Below, in pieces: positions 11,004 through 21,952 of a DNA stretch of 40,803 nt. Numbering within the stretch: the stretch's first letter is position 1; every line of letters starts with the position of its first letter. The notes under the pieces were generated by a model. The model searched no databases, was not told the origin of the DNA, and was given only the letters and a program-made list of their open reading frames with translations. The translations under genes and the position numbers were made by a program. The stretch is from Atractiella rhizophila (taxonomy: Eukaryota), in contig MU271597.1 of NCBI GenBank assembly GCA_021432655.1, positions 1 to 40,803 on the forward strand. The letters are read 5' to 3'.

Positions 11004-11929
11004 GAAATGACCAACTTTCCATGTCAATAGATCGCTGGCAGACAAAGAGGTTCTTGCCGTCCTGGCAATCGGTTGTAAAATGCATCAGAGGCTGCAACGT
11101 GAGCAGAAGTAGAGCACCCACTTAAGTAGACATATGGAAGCGTAAAGCTCTGGTCACGCTGATTGCGAAGCGCCAATGTGACGCAAAGTGCAGGCAGATT
11201 GGCTGCTGTTGCTTTCGCACACAGAGAGTTCGCCCTGTCGAGATGGAAGGATGGACATGATCCTTCTGCAGTATTCAATCAACGTGATTGAGAGAGCTAA
11301 CCAACCGACCTAAAGAAGACGATATCTGTTGGAATCTGCCACACCGAATCAATATCGCTCACCTCAGATGCAGAAATAACCACACTTGCCGTATCGCATG
11401 TCTTTGTGTGGTGCTTTCAGAGAAGCAATCATCAAACTTGTTTGCAGAAAGGAACCATGCACTAGTCAATTGGCCTTTACACTTTTTATTCTCCTTGTAT
11501 AGACACTGGCATTGTTAGTACAGGAAGGTTTTTGTAGGGATGGGACATCTGCCCAGCACACAACTTGCATCTACATCCACACAACGACCCAAGTCCTTTC
11601 ATAGGAACGGATGACTCCCAAAGGAATGATCAAGTCTGTAATCGGCCCAGCTGGACGTAGTTAACTCGAAACTTTTGACAAGCTTGACGCGCGCTGAGAG
11701 TCCAGCATTGTGGGATGTCACAGAGCACAGAGGTTCACCGCTGCTGCGACCTCTTCTGACTTTCCCAACACATGCCTAAATATGCCCAAATCTCCCTGAA
11801 TCTCCCAAAGACCCAAAACGAAGTTTATAGGGCCTCGAGGGGCGAACTAGCCCGTTGTCGGCGGCCACGATCGCCACCAAGTTCGTAGAGGCTTCGCCCG
11901 CAACCATCAAAACAAAACATGACTTCAAC

Positions 11930-13784
11930 ATGAGCTCCGAAACACTCAGTCTGAACTGCTGGATTCGAGGCACCGACCGCAGAGAAATCTTCGATGTCGA
12001 AATCTCTAGCTCGAAAACTGTCATGCGGCTCAGGAAAGCCATAAAAGACGAGAATCCCATTTCATTTCGAGATGTGGATGCTAAAATGCTTATCCTTTAC
12101 AAAGTCGCTCTCCGTATGGACGCCCTCGAAGAATCGATGAAGGTGGCGTTGAATCAAGGCGAATCGTTGGAGCCCCTGTCGCAGTTATCTGAGATTTTCG
12201 TCGACCCGCCAGCTTCGAACCATATTCATATCCTCATCGATGCTCCTCGCTCTCGTGAGCTGTCTCTCTTGGCCGTCGTTTCGGATACTGAACCCTCGTC
12301 AACCAACCTATTTAGTGCGATTACGCGTCGAGCCTCTTTCGAACGAGCATTCCCTTGAGCAACTTGATGTCGGAGCGCAGAGACGCGCTTTTCTGGAAAC
12401 CAACCCAAGCGAACGGCCATCCACCGCAGGGAAGCTTGAAGCTTTCATGAATCGCCAGAGTCATCCCAATACGATGATATATTGCAACCGCCCTGAGACT
12501 GCCGCGGCAACGATTCCGCCAACACTCCTACATCCTGTTTTCGGGACGTTTCTCGACAAGTGCGAGAGTCACGAAGTGACCCTGGAAGACAACGCTCTTG
12601 CGAGAGAGCTATGCTCCGCCGTCTCAGATTTCTATCCGAATGAAGACCGTCGTGCGGAAGCAATTCACGACATTTTCGCAAATCACGGTATTCATCTCAT
12701 CCCGAGCGACATAAAACAATACCGCACAGATGGCGATATATCCGGGAGAGGTTTGAGCTGCACCATTGCCGAGTTCAAGAATGAAATCGGAAATAGCGGC
12801 GCTGAGCCATACGCCCAAGGCATTTTATACTATCTCGAGTCGACGAGAGACTATGCAGTTAAACTGCCAGACTCGGCTTTGCCCTGCATGCTAGTCTTTA
12901 TCTTTGGTCAGTTGCATTAGTTCATTGTTTGGATACCTTGCTAACTCAGTCTCACGGTTCGCATAGGCCCTTATATCGCATTTGCTGGTGCGGTGTGGAA
13001 TTTGCGTCCAATTGTCCAGAGCTTATCCTTTACTCGGCCACTGCACCACCACCTTACGGACACGAATATACGAAGGAAGTTGGCTTGCCATCTCGGGGCA
13101 TTCAGAACGACGATCAGTGCCTTGGATCGCTACTATCGCGGCCTCCCCCAAACCGACGGCCCACGATTGTCGACACGTCAGCTACAACTCTATCCATATC
13201 CAACAACTTTCACTCCCCTCAACGGAGGGAACCCCCTGGACTTTGAATACGCGTTACAGCCTCACCCAAAAAAACTTGTCTTCTTTTGCAACCAATTGGA
13301 ACAAGAACTTTGTGTCAAGTTTGTTCGTCACTATTCGAGAGAGGTTCATCTGAAATGCGCTTCCCGCGGGCTTGCACCAAAGCTTCGAGGTTTCGAAGAG
13401 CTTTCAGGTGGATGGAAGATGGTAGTCATGGATCGGTTGCGGCCAGAGGAATACATGGAGCTTTACCAGCCTGAGGTGACGCCAACTTCAGCGCTGATGG
13501 ATACGATCGAAAGCAAGTTGACCGAATTGCACCAACAACATTATGTTCATGGTGACATTCGGGAGTCAAACATCCTGGTGTCGCTGGATGGAAAGCAATT
13601 TATGCTAGTGGACTTTGACTGGGCAGGGAAGACTGGGGAAGTGCGATATCCCATGAATGTGAACAGGGGTCCGGGGTTGTGGCGACCAGATGGTGCGGTC
13701 GACGGACAGCTGATCCTTCCCGATCATGATATGCAAATGTTGGCTCGTATCCGACGCGATCTCAGGTCCAAGTTGGTGGCATGA
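11930..13784 (+). CDS. Crinkler (CRN)-family protein, copy 1: Ubl-like N-terminal header + REase-like domain + kinase domain
   Basis: Exons 11930-12254, 12316-12906 and 12967-13784 (GT-AG introns of 61 and 60 nt) splice in frame. Header LSLNCWIRG..IFDVEI..LRKAIK..LILYKV..IHILI (equivalents of LFLAK/HVLV). Middle TDG...IAEFKNEIG. Kinase VHGDIRESNIL and DFDWAG. Confidence 0.9.
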
Positions 13785-14006
13785 GAAATGATTATGCAGA
13801 ACTGACTACTGATCTTTTTCTTTTTCGCTTTGAATAACAGTCTGTCCTTAAGGATTGATATGACGCTTACCAACTGAGCCACCATAACTACTAACACCTT
13901 GAGACAAGGATACGAGGGGTGAACTAGCCCGTTGTCGGCGGCCACGATCGCCACCAAGTTCGTAGAGGCTTCGCCCGCAACCACCAAAACAAAACATGAC
14001 TTCAAC

Positions 14007-15861
14007 ATGAGCTCCGAAACACTCAGTCTGAACTGCTGGATTCGAGGCACCGACCGCAGAGAAATCTTCGATGTCGAAATCTCTAGCTCGAAAACTGTCA
14101 TGCGGCTCAGGAAAGCCATAAAAGACGAGAATCCCATTTCATTTCGAGATGTGGATGCTAAAATGCTTATCCTTTACAAAGTCGCTCTCCGTATGGACGC
14201 CCTCGAAGAATCGATGAAGGTGGCGTTGAATCAAGGCGAATCGTTGGAGCCCCTGTCGCAGTTATCTGAGATTTTCGTCGACCCGCCAGCTTCGAACCAT
14301 ATTCATATCCTCATCGATGCTCCTCGCTCTTGTGAGCTGTCTCTCTTGGCCGTCGTTTCGGATACTGAACCCTCGTCAACCAACCTATTTAGTGCGATTA
14401 CGCGTCGAGCCTCTTTCGAACGAGCATTCCCTTGAGCAACTTGATGTCGGAGCGCAGAGACGCGCTTTTCTGGAAACCAACCCAAGCGAACGGCCATCCA
14501 CCGCAGGGAAGCTTGAAGCTTTCATGAATCGCCAGAGTCATCCCAATACGATGATATATTGCAACCGCCCTGAGACTGCCGCGGCAACGATTCCGCCAAC
14601 ACTCCTACATCCTGTTTTCGGGACGTTTCTCGACAAGTGCGAGAGTCACGAAGTGACCCTGGAAGACAACGCTCTTGCGAGAGAGCTATGCTCCGCCGTC
14701 TCAGATTTCTATCCGAATGAAGACCGTCGTGCGGAAGCAATTCACGACATTTTCGCAAATCACGGTATTCATCTCATCCCGAGCGACATAAAACAATACC
14801 GCACAGATGGCGATATATCCGGGAGAGGTTTGAGCTGCACCATTGCCGAGTTCAAGAATGAAATCGGAAATAGCGGCGCTGAGCCATACGCCCAAGGCAT
14901 TTTATACTATCTCGAGTCGACGAGAGACTATGCAGTTAAACTGCCAGACTCGGCTTTGCCCTGCATGCTAGTCTTTATCTTTGGTCAGTTGCATTAGTTC
15001 ATTGTTTGGATACCTTGCTAACTCAGTCTCACGGTTCGCATAGGCCCTTATATCGCATTTGCTGGTGCGGTGTGGAATTTGCGTCCAATTGTCCAGAGCT
15101 TATCCTTTACTCGGCCACTGCACCACCACCTTACGGACACGAATATACGAAGGAAGTTGGCTTGCCATCTCGGGGCATTCAGAACGACGATCAGTGCCTT
15201 GGATCGCTACTATCGCGGCCTCCCCCAAACCGACGGCCCACGATTGTCGACACGTCAGCTACAACTCTATCCATATCCAACAACTTTCACTCCCCTCAAC
15301 GGAGGGAACCCCCTGGACTTTGAATACGCGTTACAGCCTCACCCAAAAAAACTTGTCTTCTTTTGCAACCAATTGGAACAAGAACTTTGTGTCAAGTTTG
15401 TTCGTCACTATTCGAGAGAGGTTCATCTGAAATGCGCTTCCCGCGGGCTTGCACCAAAGCTTCGAGGTTTCGAAGAGCTTTCAGGTGGATGGAAGATGGT
15501 AGTCATGGATCGGTTGCGGCCAGAGGAATACATGGAGCTTTACCAGCCTGAGGTGACGCCAACTTCAGCGCTGATGGATACGATCGAAAGCAAGTTGACC
15601 GAATTGCACCAACAACATTATGTTCATGGTGACATTCGGGAGTCAAACATCCTGGTGTCGCTGGATGGAAAGCAATTCATGCTAGTGGACTTTGACTGGG
15701 CAGGGAAGACTGGGGAAGTGCGATATCCCATGAATGTGAACAGGGGTCCGGGGTTGTGGCGACCAGATGGTGCGGTCGATGTACAGTTGATCCTTCCCGA
15801 TCATGATATGGAAATGTTGGCTCGTATCCGACGCGATCTCAGGTTCAAGTTGGTGGCATGA
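14007..15861 (+). CDS. Crinkler (CRN)-family protein, copy 2 (differs by G>V, Q>E and S>F near the C-terminus)
   Basis: Same structure shifted by 2,077 bp: exons 14007-14331, 14393-14983 and 15044-15861. Confidence 0.88.
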
Positions 15862-16905
15862 GAAACGATTATGCAGAACTGACTACTGATCTTTTTCTTT
15901 TTCGCTTTGAATAACAGTCTGTCCTTAAGGATTGATATGACGCTTACCAACTGAGCCACCATAACTACTAACACCTTGAGACAAGGATTCCGAAGCACTC
16001 ACGATTGACTCGACGGTATGAACGTGGAGCCAACGTTCACTTGTCGAAATTAGAGTGGGGGCTTGGAGATCTTGTCTTGTTCAGCTTGCAAACAGAAGCC
16101 ACTGTATCTCATGATCATGATGAGGCCAAAGAAGAGGCGTTTCTCACTACCTTATTCAATATTCAATATCAATGCCTATGGAGGATGGATCGTGACTGGA
16201 AGTAACTTCATCTGACTTGGCACGAGATCTCACAGACGAAGAGTGTGAGACTCTACTGCAAAAAGCGAGTTCCTTTAGCTCGACTAGAGCGAGAACTAAG
16301 AGGCTCAATCAATAAATGAGAGCTTAAACGAAAGGAGAGACAGGAACCAGCTTATGCTAGCCACACTGAAGTGTAGGGCCGCTTATCTAGCTATTTGGTC
16401 TCAGAATAAAGACAATGGAGATTACAGGGGCGCTTCTACGGCCTAGGGAACTTACCTCGATTCTTACCGCGCTTTCTGCTCTGAGTGCGAAGTAAGATAA
16501 TGAGGAATAAGATCAATTTATATTAACATGTGAGGCCTCTTTTATAGGCCAATGAATCGGATAAAAGATCAAACAACATCGCGGGAAAACCCATAATACA
16601 TAAGTAGATAGAAATATAGAATAGTCTGAAAGCATGGAACGAAGAGGAAGCTGAAGGGAATCAAACGAAGCTCACCAGGGAATCGACGGATCTTGCCTTC
16701 CAGCTTCTGGATAAGGCTAAGATACCATGCGGTTATCTTCCCTTCTTCTCCCGATCGATTGTACGTGCTTGGAGCCGACAGGAGAGGTGTAGAGAGACGG
16801 GGGAGTTGTGAGGAATACAGTGGTCAATGTCACTTCCAGGTTAGGCAGGAGCCGCTTCCAGAATAGGAAGGTATTGCCGCATGTGAGCGGGTTGACCATT
16901 GTATC

Positions 16906-17658
16906 TAGGGATGTGGATCGTCCCGTCATGACGAGGACGTACGTGTACGATACGTGTTCTCGTACCCGCCCGTTCGGGCTTTCTTGCGGACGGGCGCGAG
17001 ACGGGACGAGACGGGTACATGTTACGTCCGTCCGTTTCTGCCAGAAGCATCCGGGTCTTACGGCGGCCGACAAGGCATGTGCAAGCACTTGGGTCGAAAC
17101 AAGTTGAAACGTGGAAGAATATTTGCATAGATTAATATTTGAAAGTTGAAGAGCTAAACTCTTTACGAGACAGCAATTTTAGAGAAAAGTGCCTCCGTTT
17201 GTGAGGATTTAACCCGGGTCACGTGATTGTTATGATAAGAGTATTTCAGTATTTCAAGTCAGGAATTCCTACTATCAGTTTCATTTCATATCAGAAAGCT
17301 CACTCAACAATTTTCAACCCAAAAAATGAAAGGAACATGGGCAGTTGCAATAAAATGAAGACCACGCACATTTCGCTTATTTTCTCATTCTTTTTGGACT
17401 AATCAATGAATGTATTGTCAATCACAGATATCATGGGAAAGTGATAAGTGTGATTTGTGGCGATTTCAATTGTTTTGGCCTGCCTGAAAAACAGTCATGT
17501 GATCGCGGGCGACTTTGCCCGTAGTCCGTCGTAATATCCCGTTTTCCGTCGTACTCGTCCGTTTGCGGTCTGAGAGATTTTGGTACGGTACGATACGAGC
17601 CACACGTATCGACCGGAACTGCCTGCCTCGGGACGATACGGGACGATCCCCATCCCTA
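16906..17658. mobile_element. Non-autonomous hAT-superfamily DNA transposon (753 bp)
   Basis: 21-bp TIRs TAGGGATG(T/G)GGATCGTCCCGT with one mismatch. Perfect 8-bp TSD ATTGTATC at 16898-16905 and 17659-17666. CpG-rich subterminal ACGGG/CCCGT motifs and an AT-rich non-coding interior. The TAGGGATG terminus and 8-bp TSD match Ac/Ds-type hAT elements. Confidence 0.93.
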
Positions 17659-17815
17659 ATTGTATCTCACAAAGAGACGTCTTCAGCAAAGACAAAACTT
17701 AACTCGACTCTCACCCGCTACGTGAAAATGAGGACCATAACATTAGGTAGTTGCCTCCTGCTGTTCGTTGTGCAATTCTCTTCTCTTCTCTTCTCAATCT
17801 TAACCCTAACCTGAG

Positions 17816-19991
17816 ATGGTCTCGATCAGCGAGCCAGAGTCCCACCATCATGCCCAAATCCACCTCGAATCGGTCTACGGTCCACGTCGAACAGGTTACT
17901 AAAGCTTCCCAGCCACTCAGACAACGCTACCGCACCTTTCTCCTTGTCGTCTAATGCTGAGCATGCCTATGTACTCGCAGAGCGCGATGTCCGTGGAAAG
18001 TTCGAAGAGGTTTCTGTGAAGGAAATTCTTGACATGCTCCCTGTTCCCAAGAGTTACTCAGAATCACGGCCTGCTCCTCGCCCGCTCGAAATCTCAATAC
18101 CAGTCTCCAATAAAAACAAACTATATTCTCAAGTTGTTAGTGTTTCAGAACAGGGGTTGTGCCAGGTTGAGAAGCAGCGTAGATCACTGGCTTAGACCGC
18201 TACCTCGCTCGCGATTGGCACTGGGTCGACACGTCTATGCTCCCCGACAAAACAATACATCCTGTTTACAACTATACTGCTGTGAAACCTGACCTGGTGT
18301 TGTAGTCGGCGGAAGCGGTCGCGGTGGAAGGAAACAGTATGCGCGATGTGGATATGTTTGCAGAGCTCAAGACAGAGAAAGTAACGGATTCCTTCAACTC
18401 CAAATGCTCCCCTTTCGAACGCGATTCTAAAGTTGCACGAGAAATTCGAGGTCAAATTACCATTTACAACACCGTTATCCAGGGGTTGCAACACTGTACT
18501 CGTGTCTTCTCCTTTTCTCTCCATGGCGTCCTTGCACGCCTCATCGTTCACTCTCGCGCCGGATCGAAAGTGTCTCAAATTTTCGATGTCAGGTTTGATA
18601 ATTCATTGTCCGATTACATCGACCGCTACACTCACGCTCCCCCCGAACGACGAGGCTATGATATCACTTTCATCCGATCCAGCGATGATCCTTTCGCAGA
18701 AGCAGCGAGAAATTCCTTGCAGCTGGAAGGCAACGCTCCTCTTCTCAAGGTTTTGGTGGGCAGGGACAGCTTCTATATCTCTCAGCCCTTCGCCAGCAGC
18801 CGTTTGTGGGCGGTTGGACGTGGAACAAAATGTTACCACGCCTACGCGCCAAGAAGCAAGGAAATTGTGTTGCTGAAGGATACATGGCGCAAGATGGAGT
18901 ACGAGAAGGAAGGAACCATATATCACCGTCTGCACGAGAGCAAAGTCAAAATATCGCCACGGTTTTCGCTGATCAGGACGTTGAGACCAAGAATCCTTTG
19001 CAGGAAGCGACTGGAGCGAATGGGGCCAGAATGAAATATTATAGGATTGTCTTGAATGAGGTTGGAGAGCTACTGTCCACCTTTAAGTCGAGTTGGGAAC
19101 TGGTTAAGGTTCTGTTCGATGCTTTCACAGGTTTGTTTCCCCTTCTTCTCCTCACAATGAGTGACATGGACATGAATTTCAGCACATCAGCAGGCTGTCC
19201 AGTATCAGCACTTGCTACATCGAGATGGCTCTGTTGGGAACGTACTATTGTTACGAACCGAAGATGGTGAAGCGCGAGGAATGCTTATAGACTGGGAGTT
19301 TGCAAAGGACAACGACAAATTGTCGGCGCAGCTGCCCGAACGAACTGTAAGCGTGAACATCAGCCCATATCCGCTACAATTCCAACTAAGTGGAAATTAG
19401 GGCACTTATCAATTCTTGTCCCTTCGACTCATACAAAAACCTAGGCTGAAACATTGTGTTGCCGAAGACATTGAATCCTTCATTTACGTCCTCCTTTGGG
19501 TAATCTTGAATCGTGGCTCAGTTCGATTGACAGGACAAGAGCGAAGGTCGTACCTCAGAACCTTCGACTGCAAGGAAAATGACCAAGATGCCTACTTGTC
19601 ACAGTTCGGTTTGATAAACGGGCAGGCAGAAGATTTGAAAGTGATCCCTCTTCAACTGCAACTCCTCCTCGACAGTCTGCTTATAACCCTAACTGCGGCT
19701 GTCAGATTCCAAGTGGTGCTCGATGATACAACTAAAACCAAAGAGGATGAAGAGCCGGGGTTTGTGTTGGATGATAAAGAGATGGACCCGTTGAAACAAT
19801 TGCAGAAGAGGTTCGCTGGGATGGAGCTGGATGATACAGCCGCAAGGGCGTTGAAAGTGGCGGAGATGAAGCTCATTGACCAGCAGAAAGCATGGAATCT
19901 GTTTCAATCTCAGGACTACGTTCGAGGAGAAATGGAACGGGCCTTACAAGATAAAACGTGGAAAGAGATGACAGACGGCGCCGGACCTTGA
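17816..19991 (+). pseudogene. FunK1-type kinase pseudogene, paralog of the 6010-8254 gene
   Basis: Three introns at equivalent positions (18136-18182, 19131-19182, 19347-19400). Motifs KPD..FAELK, GRGT, LLKDTW, HRDGSVGNV, DWEFAK, GTYQFLS, EDIESF. Lesions: in-frame TAG at 18303-18305 (KPDLVL* versus KPDVTLY), a frameshift in the A-run near 18950, and a broken 5' end. Confidence 0.85.
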
Positions 19992-20005
19992 AAGCGAACC
20001 GTACT

Positions 20006-20332
20006 TTTGTTGGGATACAAGACCGGCTGAACCAAGCCATGTGCACCATTCATCTCGGTACAATCACTTGCTCGCGTGGTGAATACGCATCAGCTCTCCA
20101 TCAACTCGGAGAAGCAGCTTCAATCTCTCAGGAGCTTGAAGTCTATGAATCCTTCATCGACTGTCTTTGTGCAATTTCGCGAACATTGGAGCAACAAGGA
20201 GATGGGGCGGCGGCAGCATCCATGAATGATGAAGCGTTAGCACCGGCAAAGGCAGTTAGGTACAATACAGTCATGCAAGAGTGCGAGCAGGCAAAGGGGA
20301 GGCTGAGCATGCTGATGCAGCACTCAGATTGA
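20006..20332 (+). pseudogene. Orphan TPR-like C-terminal fragment
   Basis: QAMCTIHLGTITCSRGEYASALHQLGEAASISQEL and CLCAISRTLEQQGDGAAAASMNDEALA fit TPR helical-repeat spacing. No 5' part of the gene is visible; the fragment abuts the kinase pseudogene stop. Confidence 0.55.
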
Positions 20333-21289
20333 TCGGTGGGCCGACTCTTGATGTCATGATCAGTTCGACTTAAAGTATTTAGACGAAGAGCAAAGTGCCG
20401 TTCAGCCTTTGGGCTAACGAAGTTCTGGACATGATAATTGAAAATAATGAATTTCATTCTTCAACAAATTGCCTTCTACACGAGAAGAAAGTCGTCTGGT
20501 CCATGCATGAGTGGGGCAGTGTGAACAATCAACGTTGGGAAGCTAAGAGCGAACTTGAACTTGAGTGAACATGAGTGAACCGTATTATCATCACTCTTTC
20601 TTGTAGCCAAGAGGAAAATTTCAACCTGCACTAAGGCTGGCTCTGGAGCCCTACAAAGCCTGATGTTGATCAATCATGAACTCTTTCGTCTATTCTAGGC
20701 GGCGTAACACGCGGAATTGCATGTCCGCCGCGCACGACAACGGTCGCAGACTCCAGCCTACCCTGTGCAACCCTCCCTTGGCAAAGTACCAGGAGAAGAC
20801 GCAGAACAGGTGTTCAGGGAACTCCAGAACTTGCCTGTCCCATAACCCCAGTTCCCTCCAGTTAAATCGAAGGAGATGAAAACCCCGAAGGGACTGTTTT
20901 ACGGCCCATTGATAAGCATTCGTGGACGATCCATTTCCGGATGTGAACATGAAGATTTGAATAAGTGCAGTGATAATTACTGGTGTCTGAGCGAAGGTAA
21001 GGAGTACCGCGAACGCCGAAACGATTTGGGTTGATGAAGTCGGAGAGAAACAGACGAAAAGGGGCACCCCATCGATCCCATATCATTTGGCAAGTTGGAT
21101 GTCTGCTTCATATCCGTCTTCAGCTACAGGGAGTAACGTACCGTCGTCGAAGTCTGTGGAGCTGCCAATGACCTCTTTGCTTCAGTAAACATCGCACCAC
21201 CCTTGAATGGGGAGCTGAAAGGCACCTCTGTTGCTTACGATTCCGATGCTGTCCTGTTGAGGAGTATGAGATTCCAGAAAGTCGCGAGA

Positions 21290-21725
21290 TCTCGCCGCGA
21301 GCGCGTAGACAATGCTGGGACTCAGCTGTCTCTTTCATGTAAGGCTTGACCCTGCCTTGTCTTGGCTTCCACAACCCACAACACAGGTTGCTCTGGAATA
21401 TGCGGCGATCGCTTCAAATTTGCTGGACGTCACCAAAGGTTTTATTTTGGGTGCGTCTGTTCTCTGTGAGGTTACCGCATAACTGGAGTAGTACATCCAC
21501 TACCTGGTATCTCGATGGCGAAGTAGGCAAAATCTCCTGAAGTTCAACGTCAGACCTTCGGGTTCAAGATGCATCCTGCACTCACTTCGCTTCGTGAAGT
21601 CTTTGATTGACTCTTCATTGTCCCACTCTTCCTCACAAAACGTTATAAATAGACTCCTATATCTACAACCGTTGGCCACCTTCAGGGGCAGACTCTCAAG
21701 GGATTCAGCCTTGGAGCGAATATCG
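21290..21725 (-). pseudogene. Decayed 5' fragment of a paralog of the 27323-29832 kinase-like gene
   Basis: The reverse complement of ~21377-21435 (GGTGACGTCCAGCAAATTTGAAGCGATCGCCGCATATTCCAGAGCAACCTGTGTTGTG) closely matches ~27802-27859. Peptides EEEWDNEESIKDF and EILPTSPSRYQVVD match RHWQNENSMKGF and EILPNVKPRYHVLD across an equivalent intron (21585-21537). Confidence 0.8.
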
Positions 21726-21952
21726 AGCCAATGATAGCGTGCACGGAGACTCTCTGCACCGTCTTAATACACGCTCGGGGAGGGCAGTCGCGGTCGCAGT
21801 AGGTGTTCATATTTCAGTGGCTTTCCATTTCCAGGCTTGGTTGTTCCTTAGGATGATGAAAGTCAATGAATGTTGAGGAAGGTTGATTGCGGTGCTTAGA
21901 GAAGGAGACTCCCAACCAACATCGAAATTTGACGATTAACGATCTGGCCAAC

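Larger units (their letters stand above)
11836..15988 (+). repeat. Head-to-tail tandem duplication, period 2,077 bp (11836-13911 and 13913-15988)
   Basis: All ORFs recur with an offset of exactly 2,077. The junction reads ...ACAAGGAT-A-CGAGGGG..., and about ten substitutions are visible between the copies. Confidence 0.97.

Noticed and set aside
16244..16720. Solo-LTR-like stretch (TG start, TATA-like and AATAAA motifs)
   Set aside because: I could not identify a matching CA end, a TSD or a second copy.
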